A DNA stretch of 64,000 bases from Spongiibacter sp. (GCF_041602295.1 NZ_JBFIGO010000003.1:6115-70114), one strand, 5' to 3'; counted from the stretch's first letter, positions 1 to 12,595 are shown. Notes: a model not told the origin generated them from the letters alone. A program made the numbers and translations.

Positions 1-1611
1 GCACTGGAATGGCCACTGGCCCAGTGGTTACCGCAAGGAAGTTCGGAAAACTTTGAGTCCCTTGAACGCCACTGGCATTTTCTACTGCCGGTGGGCGGCG
101 CACTGCTACTGGGCCTCGCCCTGAGCTTTATTCAGCCGGCCGACCGCTTCACCGGCATTCCCCATGTCATTGCCGCCCTGCACAATGGCCGCGGCCGCCT
201 GCCCTTCAAGAACATGGTCGTGCAGTTTTTTGGCGGCCTACTGGCCCTGCTCAGCGGCCAGTCCGGCGGCAGAGAGGGACCAGCGGTGCATATCGGCGCG
301 GCGGCCAGCAGCCTGGCCGGCTCGCGGCTTCGGCTGCCCAACAACAGCCTGCGGGTGATGACCGCCTGCGGCACCGCGGCCGCCATCGCCGCCTCGTTCA
401 ACACCCCCATCGCCGGCGTCATCTTCGCGATGGAGGTGGTGATGATGGAATATACCGTCGCCGGTTTTGTCCCGGTGATTCTTGCCGCCGTCACCGCCAC
501 CACGATGTCGCAGGCCGTTTTTGGCGACGTGGTGTTTCTGCCATCGAGCCAGATCGCCATGAACTCCCTGCTCGAACTGCCATTTATCGCCTTTCTCGGC
601 GCCATTTGCGGCGCACTTTCCGGGCTGTTTGTGCTGATTCAGAAACGCTGTCTGGCACTGATTAACCAGCCCATTTTACTGCGCCTCGCACTGGCCGGAC
701 TGCTGACCGGACTGTGCGCGCTGATCGCTCCGGAGGTCCTGGGCATCGGCTACGACAGCCTGCAAGCCACCATCGAGGGCCAATACAGCCTGTGGTTTCT
801 GCTGACTCTGATGGCCTTAAAGCTGTTCGCCACCGCAGTATCCTGTGGACTGGGCATGCCGATAGGCATTATTGGCCCCAGCTTGCTGGTCGGCGCCTTT
901 GCCGGCGGCGCCCTCGGCGGCCTTGGCGCCCAGTGGGTACCCAGTCTCGCCGCCGAACACAGCTTCTATGTGCTGATTGGCATGGCGGCGGTGATGGGCG
1001 CCGTCCTCAACGCCCCCTTGGCGGCGCTGCTGGCGCTGATCGAGCTGACCCACAATCAAAGCATCATCTTCCCGGCCATGCTGGCGGTCACCGCAGCGCA
1101 GCTGGTGCACAAGGAGCTGTTTGGTCTGCAATCTGCCCACCAGACAACACTGCAGGCCACCCAGCAAGCGGTGCGCGCCAACCCGCTAACACTGGCGCTG
1201 CTGCGCACCAGCGCCGCCGCACTGATGGACAGAAACCTCCGCCATGTCGCCCAGCATCTCGGCGCCGCCGAGCAGGAAAAACTGCTGGAAACACCGGTGC
1301 GCTGGCTAGTCATCACCAATGCCGAAGGCCAGCGCATTATTGTCCACCGCGAGCACTGGTTCCCCTTTGTCAGCGAGCTTACACTGCCGGCAGACGAGAC
1401 CGTCGATCTCCTCGCCACCCTGGAAAATCGCCGTCGCGCTGCCGCGTTCGACATCAACGGCACCTTGATGGAAGCCCTTGAAACCATGAATCAAGAGGGT
1501 TTAGACAGCCTGTTTGTTCGCAACCCCTTCCAGCGCCAAGGCCCGCTGGACGAGGGCATCATTACCCGCGAAGCGCTTTCAGACCACTACAATTTACCGA
1601 TCAGGTTCTAG
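1..1611 (+). CDS. ClC-family chloride channel/antiporter, 5'-truncated by the window edge
   Basis: Frame 1 is open from base 1 (ALEWPLAQW...) into the 506-aa ORF. ClC motifs GREGP, TGIP, AASFNTPIAGVIFAMEV and GGIIGPSL-like are present, with many TM helices. Confidence 0.9.
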   Translation, partial: ALEWPLAQWLPQGSSENFESLERHWHFLLPVGGALLLGLALSFIQPADRFTGIPHVIAALHNGRGRLPFKNMVVQFFGGLLALLSGQSGGREGPAVHIGAAASSLAGSRLRLPNNSLRVMTACGTAAAIAASFNTPIAGVIFAMEVVMMEYTVAGFVPVILAAVTATTMSQAVFGDVVFLPSSQIAMNSLLELPFIAFLGAICGALSGLFVLIQKRCLALINQPILLRLALAGLLTGLCALIAPEVLGIGYDSLQATIEGQYSLWFLLTLMALKLFATAVSCGLGMPIGIIGPSLLVGAFAGGALGGLGAQWVPSLAAEHSFYVLIGMAAVMGAVLNAPLAALLALIELTHNQSIIFPAMLAVTAAQLVHKELFGLQSAHQTTLQATQQAVRANPLTLALLRTSAAALMDRNLRHVAQHLGAAEQEKLLETPVRWLVITNAEGQRIIVHREHWFPFVSELTLPADETVDLLATLENRRRAAAFDINGTLMEALETMNQEGLDSLFVRNPFQRQGPLDEGIITREALSDHYNLPIRF

Positions 1612-1613
1612 CT

Positions 1614-2033
1614 ATGCTCTGGCTTAAAGCTTTCCATATTATCGCCGTTATTTGCTGGTTCGCCGGCATCTTTTACCTGCCGCGCATATTTGTCTATCAC
1701 GCCATGAGCGAAGACCGCGCCACCCGCGCCCAACTGGCCGTTATGGCCGGCAAGCTGTACCGCTTTGTCAGCCCCTTCGCACTGTTCACCATTGTGTTTG
1801 GCCTCGCCATGATCGCCCAACACCCCGACTACTACTTGCAGGCCGGTTGGATGTGGCTGAAATTAGTGTTTGTCGGCGCCTTGGTCGCCTACCATCTATA
1901 CTGCGGCCGACTGGTGAAACGCTTTGCCGACGACCGCAATCAGCGCAGCCATGTGTTCTTTCGCTGGTTCAACGAAGCACCGGTCATCGCCCTGTTCGCC
2001 ATTGTATTGCTAGTGGTACTCAAGCCCTTTTAA
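1614..2033 (+). CDS. hemJ: Protoporphyrinogen IX oxidase HemJ (CopD-like membrane protein)
   Basis: WLKAFHIIAVICWFAG..YLPRIFVYH N-terminus and RWFNEAP C-terminal motif; 139 aa; lies next to hemL and hemB. Confidence 0.9.
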   Translation: MLWLKAFHIIAVICWFAGIFYLPRIFVYHAMSEDRATRAQLAVMAGKLYRFVSPFALFTIVFGLAMIAQHPDYYLQAGWMWLKLVFVGALVAYHLYCGRLVKRFADDRNQRSHVFFRWFNEAPVIALFAIVLLVVLKPF

Positions 2034-2118
2034 ACACACGACAACTAGGCAAGGCCGGCGCAAGCCGGGATAATGCCCGGCACAACACCGCCGACACCTC
2101 GAGGACAGCCCACACACC

Positions 2119-4439
<2,321 letters not shown>

Positions 4440-4508
4440 CCTTTACGCTGCCAGCGGGAAGCACTATTGTTCACAACACTATAACGATCAAAACAGGGGA
4501 AAAGCATT

Positions 4509-5243
4509 ATGAACAAGAACATCCTGGCTATCGCCGTTCTCGCCGCAACGGCCGTCAGCGCCCAGGCCGATGTTGTCGGCGCCAGCGCCGGCGTCTATCA
4601 GTGGAAACAGAACTGGGAAGGCGATATCAAATCCGGTGGCGACGAAATTGATCTGAACGACGATCTCGGCTACGACGACGATAACGGCAACAGCTTTTAT
4701 GTCGCCCTGGAACACCCCATTCCGGTGTTGCCCAATATTCGCCTGCAGCGCACCGATATTGAAATTTCCGAGCGCAGTACGCTGGAGCGTTCATTCACCT
4801 ATGACGGCAAGGTCTATGTCGCCACAGAAGATGTCGACTCCACCACCGACCTGGGCCACACCGACGCCACCCTTTACTACGAAATCCTCGACAACTGGGT
4901 AAACCTCGATGTGGGTCTGACCATCAGAATGTTTGACGGCGAAGCCTCCATCAAAGGCACCAGCGGCGAAGGTAGCGTCGACCTCGATGCGCCCGTCCCC
5001 ATGCTTTACGGCAACGCCCGCTTCAACCTGCCGCTGACCGGCCTCTATGCACAAGCCATCGGCAACGTGATCAGCGTTGGCGACAACAGTGTGACTGACA
5101 TGACCGTTGGCCTCGGCTACGAGGTCGCTATCGTATCGCTGGAAGTCGGCTACCGCAGCTTCGATGTCTCACTGGAAGACGACGACGATGAAGCCAATGT
5201 CACCGTGGACGGCATTTACTTCGGCCTGAACATCGACATCTAA
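4509..5243 (+). CDS. Outer-membrane beta-barrel protein (TIGR04219-like)
   Basis: Signal peptide (..SAQA/DV), YVALEHPIPVLPNIRL motif, YYEILDN, amphipathic strands and GIYFGLNIDI C-terminus. Confidence 0.8.
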   Translation: MNKNILAIAVLAATAVSAQADVVGASAGVYQWKQNWEGDIKSGGDEIDLNDDLGYDDDNGNSFYVALEHPIPVLPNIRLQRTDIEISERSTLERSFTYDGKVYVATEDVDSTTDLGHTDATLYYEILDNWVNLDVGLTIRMFDGEASIKGTSGEGSVDLDAPVPMLYGNARFNLPLTGLYAQAIGNVISVGDNSVTDMTVGLGYEVAIVSLEVGYRSFDVSLEDDDDEANVTVDGIYFGLNIDI

Positions 5244-5264
5244 ACACTCCACAACGCAATACGT

Positions 5265-5298
5265 AAACGCGCAGCCGGGCAACCGCTGCGCGTTTTTT
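5265..5298 (+). terminator. Rho-independent terminator
   Basis: AAACGCGCAGC-loop-GCTGCGCGTTT followed by a T run. Confidence 0.75.
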
Positions 5299-5355
5299 AT
5301 TTTTCAAATTCCGCTTATGCTCTACCCTGTTAACACACTGCGAGACCCTATCATC

Positions 5356-5982
5356 ATGATTCCGCGTTTAGGCATTCTGTTGGCCGTTCTGTTCAGCCCG
5401 ACACTGCTAGCCTGCGACTGCCTCTGGCAGGGGGCCTTCAGCGAGGTTCACGGCAACGCCGACCTCCTTGCTCAGGTTGAAATTACTGCTCGCAAAGGCA
5501 ATAGCGCCGACCTGAATCTTGTGCAAACGTTCGCCGGCAAGGAGCACAACACGCGTATCCGGCTGTGGGCCGACAGCGGCGCGCTTTGCCGTCCCAACAT
5601 CGATGAGTTCCCTGTTGGCAGCCAGTGGGTCATGGCACTGCAGCGCATCGAACAACCACCCGACGATGCTTTTAATCCCTTTAAACCCAATATCAGCTTC
5701 GGCCGCAAAGGCGACTATTACCTGTCCAGCTGCGGGGTGAACTGGCTACCAGTAAAGAGTGGACGGGTATCAGGCAACATACTCAGCGCTACCCGCTGGC
5801 AGTATCTCGACCCGAAAAAAACCCCGGTGATCCTGCCGCTGTTTATCGATTGGCTAAGCGGCAACATCGACGATGCCACCCTCGCCGAGGCGGCGCGGCC
5901 GCAGGCGCAATCTCGCCAGTTGCTCAACGACACCAAAATGTTTCTATGGCAGCTTGAGCGGGAGCGGCGCGAGGCCGAGTAA
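5356..5982 (+). CDS. Secreted hypothetical protein with N-terminal CxC (TIMP/NTR-like fold suspected)
   Basis: Signal peptide MIPRLGILLAVLFSPTLLA followed by CDC, with further Cys in CRP and SSCG. The start at 5356 was chosen over 5317 from the signal-peptide pattern. Confidence 0.65.
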   Translation: MIPRLGILLAVLFSPTLLACDCLWQGAFSEVHGNADLLAQVEITARKGNSADLNLVQTFAGKEHNTRIRLWADSGALCRPNIDEFPVGSQWVMALQRIEQPPDDAFNPFKPNISFGRKGDYYLSSCGVNWLPVKSGRVSGNILSATRWQYLDPKKTPVILPLFIDWLSGNIDDATLAEAARPQAQSRQLLNDTKMFLWQLERERREAE

Positions 5983-6579
5983 TTCATCCAGCATGGCCAG
6001 CGACATCCCCCAGATGCGGCGCTTGCCGTAAAAATAACAGGGCAAGTTCAGCGCCAGCTTGCCGCGCCGCCATTCCATGCGCTCGCGATTGCCGCGATCG
6101 GCGAGGAAATCGAGCGGCACCCAAACCGCTTCCGCAACTTCGTGATTGGGGTGAATACTAACCGGTGTGTGCAGGCGAAACACATAGGGCGACACCACCA
6201 TCGGCCGCCGCCCGGAGTGCGGCCGACTCACCAAGTCCGACAGCCGACCAATACAGTGGCCGGCCTTAATCAGATCCACATTCAGCTCTTCCAGCGTCTC
6301 CCGCTGGGCCGTGCGAATACCAGTGACATCATCGGGGTCCATGCGCCCGCCGGGAAACGCCATATGCCCAGACCAGGGATCACCCTCGCGATCCGCGCGC
6401 TTAATCATCAGCACTTCCAGGCGCCGGTCGTGTTCGCGCAACACCAGCGCCACCGCCGAGCGCTTCACCCAGCGTCGCCACCAGCGCCGCCGCGGCCGAA
6501 ACTGCTTTAGCGCCGCGCTAAAATCGCTGAGCCTCAAACCCCGCTTATCTGCCAAACTCGCCCCCTGTATGCCACGCAA
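5944..6579 (-). CDS. Nudix hydrolase, CoA pyrophosphatase type
   Basis: WSGHMAFPGGRMDPDD..TAQRETLEE Nudix box with CoAse-type upstream motif, and IWGMS C-terminus. Start is uncertain. Overlaps the convergent gene by 39 bp. Confidence 0.85.
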   Translation of the reverse strand: MRGIQGASLADKRGLRLSDFSAALKQFRPRRRWWRRWVKRSAVALVLREHDRRLEVLMIKRADREGDPWSGHMAFPGGRMDPDDVTGIRTAQRETLEELNVDLIKAGHCIGRLSDLVSRPHSGRRPMVVSPYVFRLHTPVSIHPNHEVAEAVWVPLDFLADRGNRERMEWRRGKLALNLPCYFYGKRRIWGMSLAMLDELLGLAPLPLKLP

Positions 6580-6591
6580 CGCAGACCAACA

Positions 6592-7752
6592 CTAAGCATA
6601 CAACTTGCGCAGCCGCGCCACCGCCTTTTCGAGCTGCGCCATACTCGTGGTGTAGGCAAAGCGCACATGTCGATCGGCGGCGTACTGACCAAAATCCGCA
6701 CCGGGAGTAATGGCAATGCCGTGCTTTTCCAATAATTCCAGGCAGAATTGCTGGCTATTGTCGGAGAACTTCTCGATACCGGCATACAGATAAAACGCCC
6801 CGGCAGGGCAGTGGGGAATATCAAAACCCAAGTCACACAGCGCCGGATACAAAAAATCGCGGCGGCGGGCAAATTCGTCGCGGCGCGCATCCAGTATCTG
6901 CCGGCACTCGGGAGTAAATGCCGCCAGGGCGCCGTACTGCGCCATCGTCGACATGGAGATAAACAGATTCTGCGCCAGTTTCTCTAAATGCGGCACCGCC
7001 CACTCCGGCGCCACCAGCCAGCCGAGTCGCCAGCCGGTCATGCCAAAATATTTTGAGAAGCTGTTAATCACAAAGGCCTCATCGGTGATCGACAACACAC
7101 TGGGCGCCGCTTCACCAAAACTCAGGCCGTGGTAGATTTCATCAACGATCAAATGGCCGCCGCGCTGCTCACACAACTGATGCAGGGCGCTCAGCTGTTG
7201 CGCACTGAGAATTTCACCACTGGGGTTGGCCGGCGAGGCCACCATCACCCCACAGGTATTCTCCCGCCAGTGCTGCGCCGCCAGCTCGGCGTCGAGCTGA
7301 TAGCGCTGCTCCGGTCCCACGGGCACCAGCTGCCCCTGCCCCTCCACCAGACGCAAAAAATGACGATTGCAGGGATAACCCGGGTCCGTCATCAACATGC
7401 CCTCGCCGGGGTTCACCAGCAATCCGGCGAGCAGCATCAGCGCACCGCTGGCACCCGGGGTGATCATAATGCGTTCGGGGGCAATCTCCAGGCCGTAGTC
7501 ACTGCGATAATACTCCGACAAAGCCTGACGCAGCTGCGGAATACCTGCAGCCGGACTGTATTGCGTCTCCCCCCGCGACAGCGCCTGTTGGGCTGCCCGC
7601 ACAATCGGCTCGGCGGTGGTAAAATCGGGCTCGCCGGCGGCCATATGAACAATATCCCGCCCCTGTTGTTCAAGCTGTTTGGCGCGGGTCAGTACTTCCA
7701 CTACGCGAAACGGCTCGATATCCGCGAGACGATCAGCAATGCGTTTTGCCAC
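6592..7752 (-). CDS. PLP-dependent aminotransferase class I/II
   Basis: GEPDF, ASPANPSG, DEIYHGL and NSFSKYFGMTGWRLGW motifs. Confidence 0.92.
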   Translation of the reverse strand: MAKRIADRLADIEPFRVVEVLTRAKQLEQQGRDIVHMAAGEPDFTTAEPIVRAAQQALSRGETQYSPAAGIPQLRQALSEYYRSDYGLEIAPERIMITPGASGALMLLAGLLVNPGEGMLMTDPGYPCNRHFLRLVEGQGQLVPVGPEQRYQLDAELAAQHWRENTCGVMVASPANPSGEILSAQQLSALHQLCEQRGGHLIVDEIYHGLSFGEAAPSVLSITDEAFVINSFSKYFGMTGWRLGWLVAPEWAVPHLEKLAQNLFISMSTMAQYGALAAFTPECRQILDARRDEFARRRDFLYPALCDLGFDIPHCPAGAFYLYAGIEKFSDNSQQFCLELLEKHGIAITPGADFGQYAADRHVRFAYTTSMAQLEKAVARLRKLYA

Positions 7753-7949
7753 AAAAATTCCCCATCTGTTTGTCGAGCGCGCCTAGTGTAGCAGCGCCGC
7801 AGCCTTCACTGGCAGCGCTAAAGTGAGCCGCGCGCGTTTTTCTGTAGCGCCAACTACACTTATCTGGTAGTTTTGCCGGTTTGGCGGCACAGCGTCGCGC
7901 GCACATCCGCAGTCTGCGGTTAACGGCTTGTTAAAGAAGAGGGCCAAGC

Positions 7950-8387
7950 ATGCCTGCAAAGGACACAGCACAAGAAAGCCTAAAAACGTTCGTTCCCTAC
8001 TCTCCCAAGAAAGGAGAGGAATATATGAACGAGGCGCAAAAGGACCACTTCCGCAAAATTCTCTACAGCTGGAAGTCAGAGTTAATGGAAGAGGTTGACC
8101 GCACGGTTACCCACATGAAGGACGAGGCCGCCAATTTCCCAGATCCCGCAGACCGCGCCACTCAGGAAGAAGAGTTCAGCCTGGAACTGCGCACTCGCGA
8201 CCGCGAGCGCAAGCTGATCAAGAAAATTGACGCCACCCTCGACCTGATCGACGAAGACGACTACGGCTTCTGCGATACCTGTGGTGTAGAAATTGGCATA
8301 AAGCGCTTGGAAGCCCGCCCGACGGCAACCCTGTGCATCGACTGCAAAACCCTGGACGAAATCAAAGAGCGCCAGGAGCGCGGTTAA
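7950..8387 (+). CDS. dksA: RNA polymerase-binding factor DksA
   Basis: [31 protein letters not shown] coiled coil and CxxC...CxxC zinc finger. Confidence 0.97.
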   Translation: MPAKDTAQESLKTFVPYSPKKGEEYMNEAQKDHFRKILYSWKSELMEEVDRTVTHMKDEAANFPDPADRATQEEEFSLELRTRDRERKLIKKIDATLDLIDEDDYGFCDTCGVEIGIKRLEARPTATLCIDCKTLDEIKERQERG

Positions 8388-8427
8388 TCAGCGGGCGGCG
8401 ACCGCCGCCCATGAATAGCGGCTTACC

Positions 8428-9297
8428 ATGCCCGCAACACTGGCACCCTATATCGGCCGCTTTGCACCCTCGCCGACCGGCCCCCTACACCTCGGCTCGC
8501 TGTGCAGCGCACTGGCGAGCTATCTCGACGCCCGCTCCAACGGCGGCCGCTGGCTGCTGCGCATAGAAAATCTAGACCCGCCGCGCGAACAAGTGGGCGC
8601 CGATCACCGCATCATTCAGTCCCTGCGAGCCCACCGCCTGCTCTGGGACGGCGATATTGTCTGGCAGAGCCAGCGCCTGGGCGCCTACCAGCAGGCACTA
8701 GAGCAGTTGCTGGACCAACAACAGGCGTTTTACTGCAGCTGCTCGCGCGCGCAACTAGCCGAACACGGCGGCCTGCACCGCGATCACTGCGTCGCGCCGT
8801 TACAAAAAGGCGATGCCGCCGTGCGCCTGCGCGCCAGTAACCAGCCCTACTGCTTCCGCGACCGCCTGCTCGGCCATCAACAGCAGACACCCAGCAGCGG
8901 CGGCGATGTTGTACTGCGCCGACGAGACGGCTTGTTTGCCTATCAACTGGCGGTGGTCGTCGACGACGCCGACAGCGAGGTCAGCGACATCGTTCGCGGC
9001 AGCGACCTGCTCGATTCCACCGCCTGGCAATTGCAGCTGCAGGACTCCCTGGGCTACCCCCGCCCCAACTACCTGCACCTGCCGCTGCTCACCGACAGCA
9101 GCGGCGACAAACTGAGTAAACGCAGCTATGCGCCCGCCCTCGACGACAGCTGCGCCGAAGACAATATTCGCCGCGTACTGCGCTACTTAAACCAAGCCAC
9201 GCCGCCCACCACCAGTGACCTAGACAGCTTGCTGCGCTGGGCGGCAGCGCACTGGCAGGTCTCAGCCATTCCGCGTCACGCCATCGCAGTCAACTGA
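8428..9297 (+). CDS. gluQ: tRNA glutamyl-Q(34) synthetase
   Basis: GRFAPSPTGPLHLGS, YCSCSR, AYQLAVVVDD and KLSKR motifs; short GluRS paralogue directly after dksA. Confidence 0.92.
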   Translation: MPATLAPYIGRFAPSPTGPLHLGSLCSALASYLDARSNGGRWLLRIENLDPPREQVGADHRIIQSLRAHRLLWDGDIVWQSQRLGAYQQALEQLLDQQQAFYCSCSRAQLAEHGGLHRDHCVAPLQKGDAAVRLRASNQPYCFRDRLLGHQQQTPSSGGDVVLRRRDGLFAYQLAVVVDDADSEVSDIVRGSDLLDSTAWQLQLQDSLGYPRPNYLHLPLLTDSSGDKLSKRSYAPALDDSCAEDNIRRVLRYLNQATPPTTSDLDSLLRWAAAHWQVSAIPRHAIAVN

Positions 9298-9367
9298 ACA
9301 GCCTTTGCAGTTTGACGGCGCGGCAGTAATAATCCGCAGCATCTTCTCTGTTCAGCGACGCCAGCTC

Positions 9368-9544
9368 ATGCGTATACAAGCTCCGCTTTTACTACTACTG
9401 TGCTTTATGGTGGTGTTCACCCCCACCCTCAACCACTGGCTATACAGTGGCGGCAGCTCTTGGTACCGCCTTCACCTTCTCTGGCTGGCGGTCATCGGCT
9501 TTGTCTTCCTGGTCAATCTCAAGCACAGCCGCCATGACATTTGA
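9368..9544 (+). CDS. cbrX: CbrX-like small membrane peptide (58 aa)
   Basis: MRIQAPLLLLLCFMVVFTP...W...GSSWYRLHLLWL; two hydrophobic segments; overlaps the cbrA start by 11 bp, as recalled for Pseudomonas cbrX. Confidence 0.7.
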   Translation: MRIQAPLLLLLCFMVVFTPTLNHWLYSGGSSWYRLHLLWLAVIGFVFLVNLKHSRHDI

Positions 9545-12509
9545 TATCAACATCCTCGTTATCGCCGCCCTGGCCTATCTCATTACGCTGTTCGCCATCG
9601 CCTATGCCAGCGAGCGCCAGCTGCTGCCGGCAGCGCTGGTCGACCACCCTCTGGTCTATGTGTTGTCTCTGGGGGTCTATGCCAGCGCCTTCGCCTACTA
9701 CGGCGTCACCGGCATGGCACAGGCCTACGGCCTCGGTTATCTCAATTATTATCTCGGCATCTCGGCGGCACTGTTCTTACTGCCGATTATCATTAGTCCG
9801 CTGCACCATATCTGCAAAACCTACCAACTCAACTCCCTGGCAGACCTGCTCAGTTTTCGCTTTCGCAGTCAGTGGGTCGGCTCACTCACCACCGTGTTTT
9901 GCAGCTTCGCCATGTGGCCGCTACTGGCAATGCAAATCCAGACCGTCTCCGACGCCACCATGCTGCTCACTCAGGCTGCCGACGACACCAGTGGCAGCGG
10001 CTTTCGGCAACTGTCAGCACTGATTTTTTGCCTGATTATCAGCCTATTCACCATTTTATTTGGCTCGCGCAGCCTTTCCTCACGAGACAGCCACCGCGGT
10101 CTCGTCGCCGCCCTGGCATTTGAGTCCCTGGTCAAGCTAGTGGCCTTCCTCTGTCTGGGCGCCGCCGCTGTCTATGGCGTCTTTGGCGGGTTCGCCGACA
10201 TGCAACACTGGCTGACCAGCCAGCCCGCCCTGTTAGAACAATTGCAGCAGTCCGACAACAGCGACAATGCACGAATGATGCTGGTACTGTTTTTCGCCGC
10301 CTCACTGTGCATGCCCCATGTTTTCCACATGCTGTTTGCCGAAAACCCCAGCGGCAAAAAACTGTATCTCGCCGGCTGGGGCTTGCCGCTGTATTTATTG
10401 TTACTGAGCCTACCGGTACTGCCGTTACTGTGGGCCAGCAGCGCACTGGGCAACGGGCAGCCAAGCGGCGATTACGCCGCGCTGCACGTGCTGTCGGCGC
10501 TGGACAGTCCACTGCTATCGCTGCTGGTGTATATCGGCGGCATTTCCGCCGCCAGCGGCGCCATCATCGTCGCCACACTGGCCATCGCATCGATGAACCT
10601 CAATCACATTGTCCTGCCCCTGCACCGCCCGCAACGCCGCCCAACAGATATCTACAGCTGGCTACTGTGGACTCGACAAGTCCTTATTTTCACCACCATC
10701 TTACTCGGCTACCTGCTCTACACCGTCCTTCCCGACCGGCAAATGCTCAGCACCTTGGCGGCAATTTCCGTAGCGGGCTGCGCCCAATTTCTACCCGGGC
10801 TGCTCGCGGTAATGTATTGGCCCAGAGCAAACCGCCAGGGTTTCATCGCCGGACTATTCGCCGGCTTCACCCTCTGGCTACTGGGTCTATTGGCACCCGC
10901 CATCGGCTTTGACACCCCGGGTTTTATCCTTACCCTGCCCGGCGTCACCGGCAACCAAACACAAAACTGGATGGCCATTGCCACACTGGCCGTGGGCATC
11001 AACACCCTGGTGATGATTCTGGCCTCACTGCTCAGCACCACGTCCAAGGAGGAACGCAGCGCCGCCGAGGCCTGCGCCATCGACGACCTCAACCGGCCGG
11101 GCCGCCAGGCACTGGCACTGAAAAGCGCCAAAGAAATGCGTGACCGCCTGACCGAATCCCTTGGCAGCGCCGTCGCCCACAAGGAGTTTGGCCGCGCTCT
11201 CGAAGAACTCCGGCTCAACGACGACGAGAGCCGTCCCTATGCTCTGCGCCGCATTCGCGACCGCATTGAAGTCAATCTCTCTTCGCTGCTCGGCCCCTCT
11301 ATCGCCCGCCGGGTGATCGACCGCAGCCTCCCCTATGCCAACAACCTAATGGGCGAGGGCGAAGACATAAACTATATCGAGGATCGACTGGAACACTACC
11401 AGGCCCACCTCACCGGCCTGGCCGCCGACCTCGACGCCCTGCGCCGCTACCACCGACAGACCCTGGAAGACCTGCCCACCGGGGTCTGCGCCCTGGCGTC
11501 AGATCACGAAATCCTGCTGTGGAACAAAAGCATGGCCAGCATTACCGGCGTGCAAAGCGGCGACATCACCGGCTCCAGCCTCAGCGGCCTGCCGCCCGCA
11601 TGGCATAAACTGCTCACCGATTTCAGCCATAGCGAAGATCAGCATTGGAATAAAACCGGCATCGAAGTCGATGGCCAGCCGCGCTGGCTCAACCTCCATA
11701 AAACCGACTCGCAGCTACCGGGCCGCGACGAGCTGATTATTGTTATCGAGGACATCACCGACACCCAGCTGCTGGAGAAAGAACTCGGCCACCAGGAACG
11801 CCTTGCCTCCATCGGCCGCCTGGCCGCCGGGGTCGCCCACGAGATCGGCAACCCCGTCACCGGCATCGCCAGCCTGGCGCAAAACCTGCGCTACGAAACC
11901 GACGACCCGCTACTGTTGGAAAGCGCCGACCAAATCGTCAAGCAAACCCAACGCATCAGCAGTATCGTGCAAAGCCTGGTCAATTTTGCCCACAATGGCC
12001 GCGAACACCCCACTCGCGCCAAGGAAGCCGTCTCCATCCGCCGCTGTGTTGACGACGCCGTGCAGTTGCTGCAGCTGGACAAGGAGGCCGAGCAAGTGCG
12101 CTTCCTTAACGACTGCCCCCCCGAGCTAGAGGTCGCTGGCGACCAACAGCGACTCGTTCAGGTCTTTATCAACCTGCTGACCAATGCCCGCGACGCCAGC
12201 CCAGCCGACTCCGCAGTGCATATCGACGCCAATACCATTGGGGAGAAAAATCAAGCGCATATCCGCATCTGTGACAGCGGCAGCGGCATCGAACCGCAGC
12301 TCATTGAACAGATATTTGAACCCTTCTTCACCACCAAGGACCCCGGTAAAGGGACCGGCCTCGGCCTGGCACTGGTATACCGCATTATCGACGACTTGGG
12401 GGGCGACATCAGCGTAGAAAGCCCCCATAACAATGGCACTCAGCCGGGCACCTGCTTCCACATTCACCTGCCGCTCGCCTGCCATCTCAGCAATGACTGC
12501 CCGCCCTAA
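9534..12509 (+). CDS. cbrA: SLC5-transporter-fused sensor histidine kinase CbrA
   Basis: About 13 TM sodium:solute symporter-like domain, linker, PAS-like region, LAAGVAHEIGNP H-box, QVFINLLTNA N-box and GTGLGL G-box. The start at 9534 (MTFDIN) was preferred over 9447. Confidence 0.9.
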   Translation: MTFDINILVIAALAYLITLFAIAYASERQLLPAALVDHPLVYVLSLGVYASAFAYYGVTGMAQAYGLGYLNYYLGISAALFLLPIIISPLHHICKTYQLNSLADLLSFRFRSQWVGSLTTVFCSFAMWPLLAMQIQTVSDATMLLTQAADDTSGSGFRQLSALIFCLIISLFTILFGSRSLSSRDSHRGLVAALAFESLVKLVAFLCLGAAAVYGVFGGFADMQHWLTSQPALLEQLQQSDNSDNARMMLVLFFAASLCMPHVFHMLFAENPSGKKLYLAGWGLPLYLLLLSLPVLPLLWASSALGNGQPSGDYAALHVLSALDSPLLSLLVYIGGISAASGAIIVATLAIASMNLNHIVLPLHRPQRRPTDIYSWLLWTRQVLIFTTILLGYLLYTVLPDRQMLSTLAAISVAGCAQFLPGLLAVMYWPRANRQGFIAGLFAGFTLWLLGLLAPAIGFDTPGFILTLPGVTGNQTQNWMAIATLAVGINTLVMILASLLSTTSKEERSAAEACAIDDLNRPGRQALALKSAKEMRDRLTESLGSAVAHKEFGRALEELRLNDDESRPYALRRIRDRIEVNLSSLLGPSIARRVIDRSLPYANNLMGEGEDINYIEDRLEHYQAHLTGLAADLDALRRYHRQTLEDLPTGVCALASDHEILLWNKSMASITGVQSGDITGSSLSGLPPAWHKLLTDFSHSEDQHWNKTGIEVDGQPRWLNLHKTDSQLPGRDELIIVIEDITDTQLLEKELGHQERLASIGRLAAGVAHEIGNPVTGIASLAQNLRYETDDPLLLESADQIVKQTQRISSIVQSLVNFAHNGREHPTRAKEAVSIRRCVDDAVQLLQLDKEAEQVRFLNDCPPELEVAGDQQRLVQVFINLLTNARDASPADSAVHIDANTIGEKNQAHIRICDSGSGIEPQLIEQIFEPFFTTKDPGKGTGLGLALVYRIIDDLGGDISVESPHNNGTQPGTCFHIHLPLACHLSNDCPP

Positions 12510-12595
12510 GGCCCCGGAGAATGTGGAATTATCGCGCTGGACGCGTTATGTTGGTGGGCTAAATATGGCAAGCCCGAATAGCGATGGAGCCCTCT

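Noticed and set aside
2050-2085. GCCGG-based hairpin after hemJ as a REP element
   Set aside because: Not repeated elsewhere in the window; consistent with an ordinary local hairpin.
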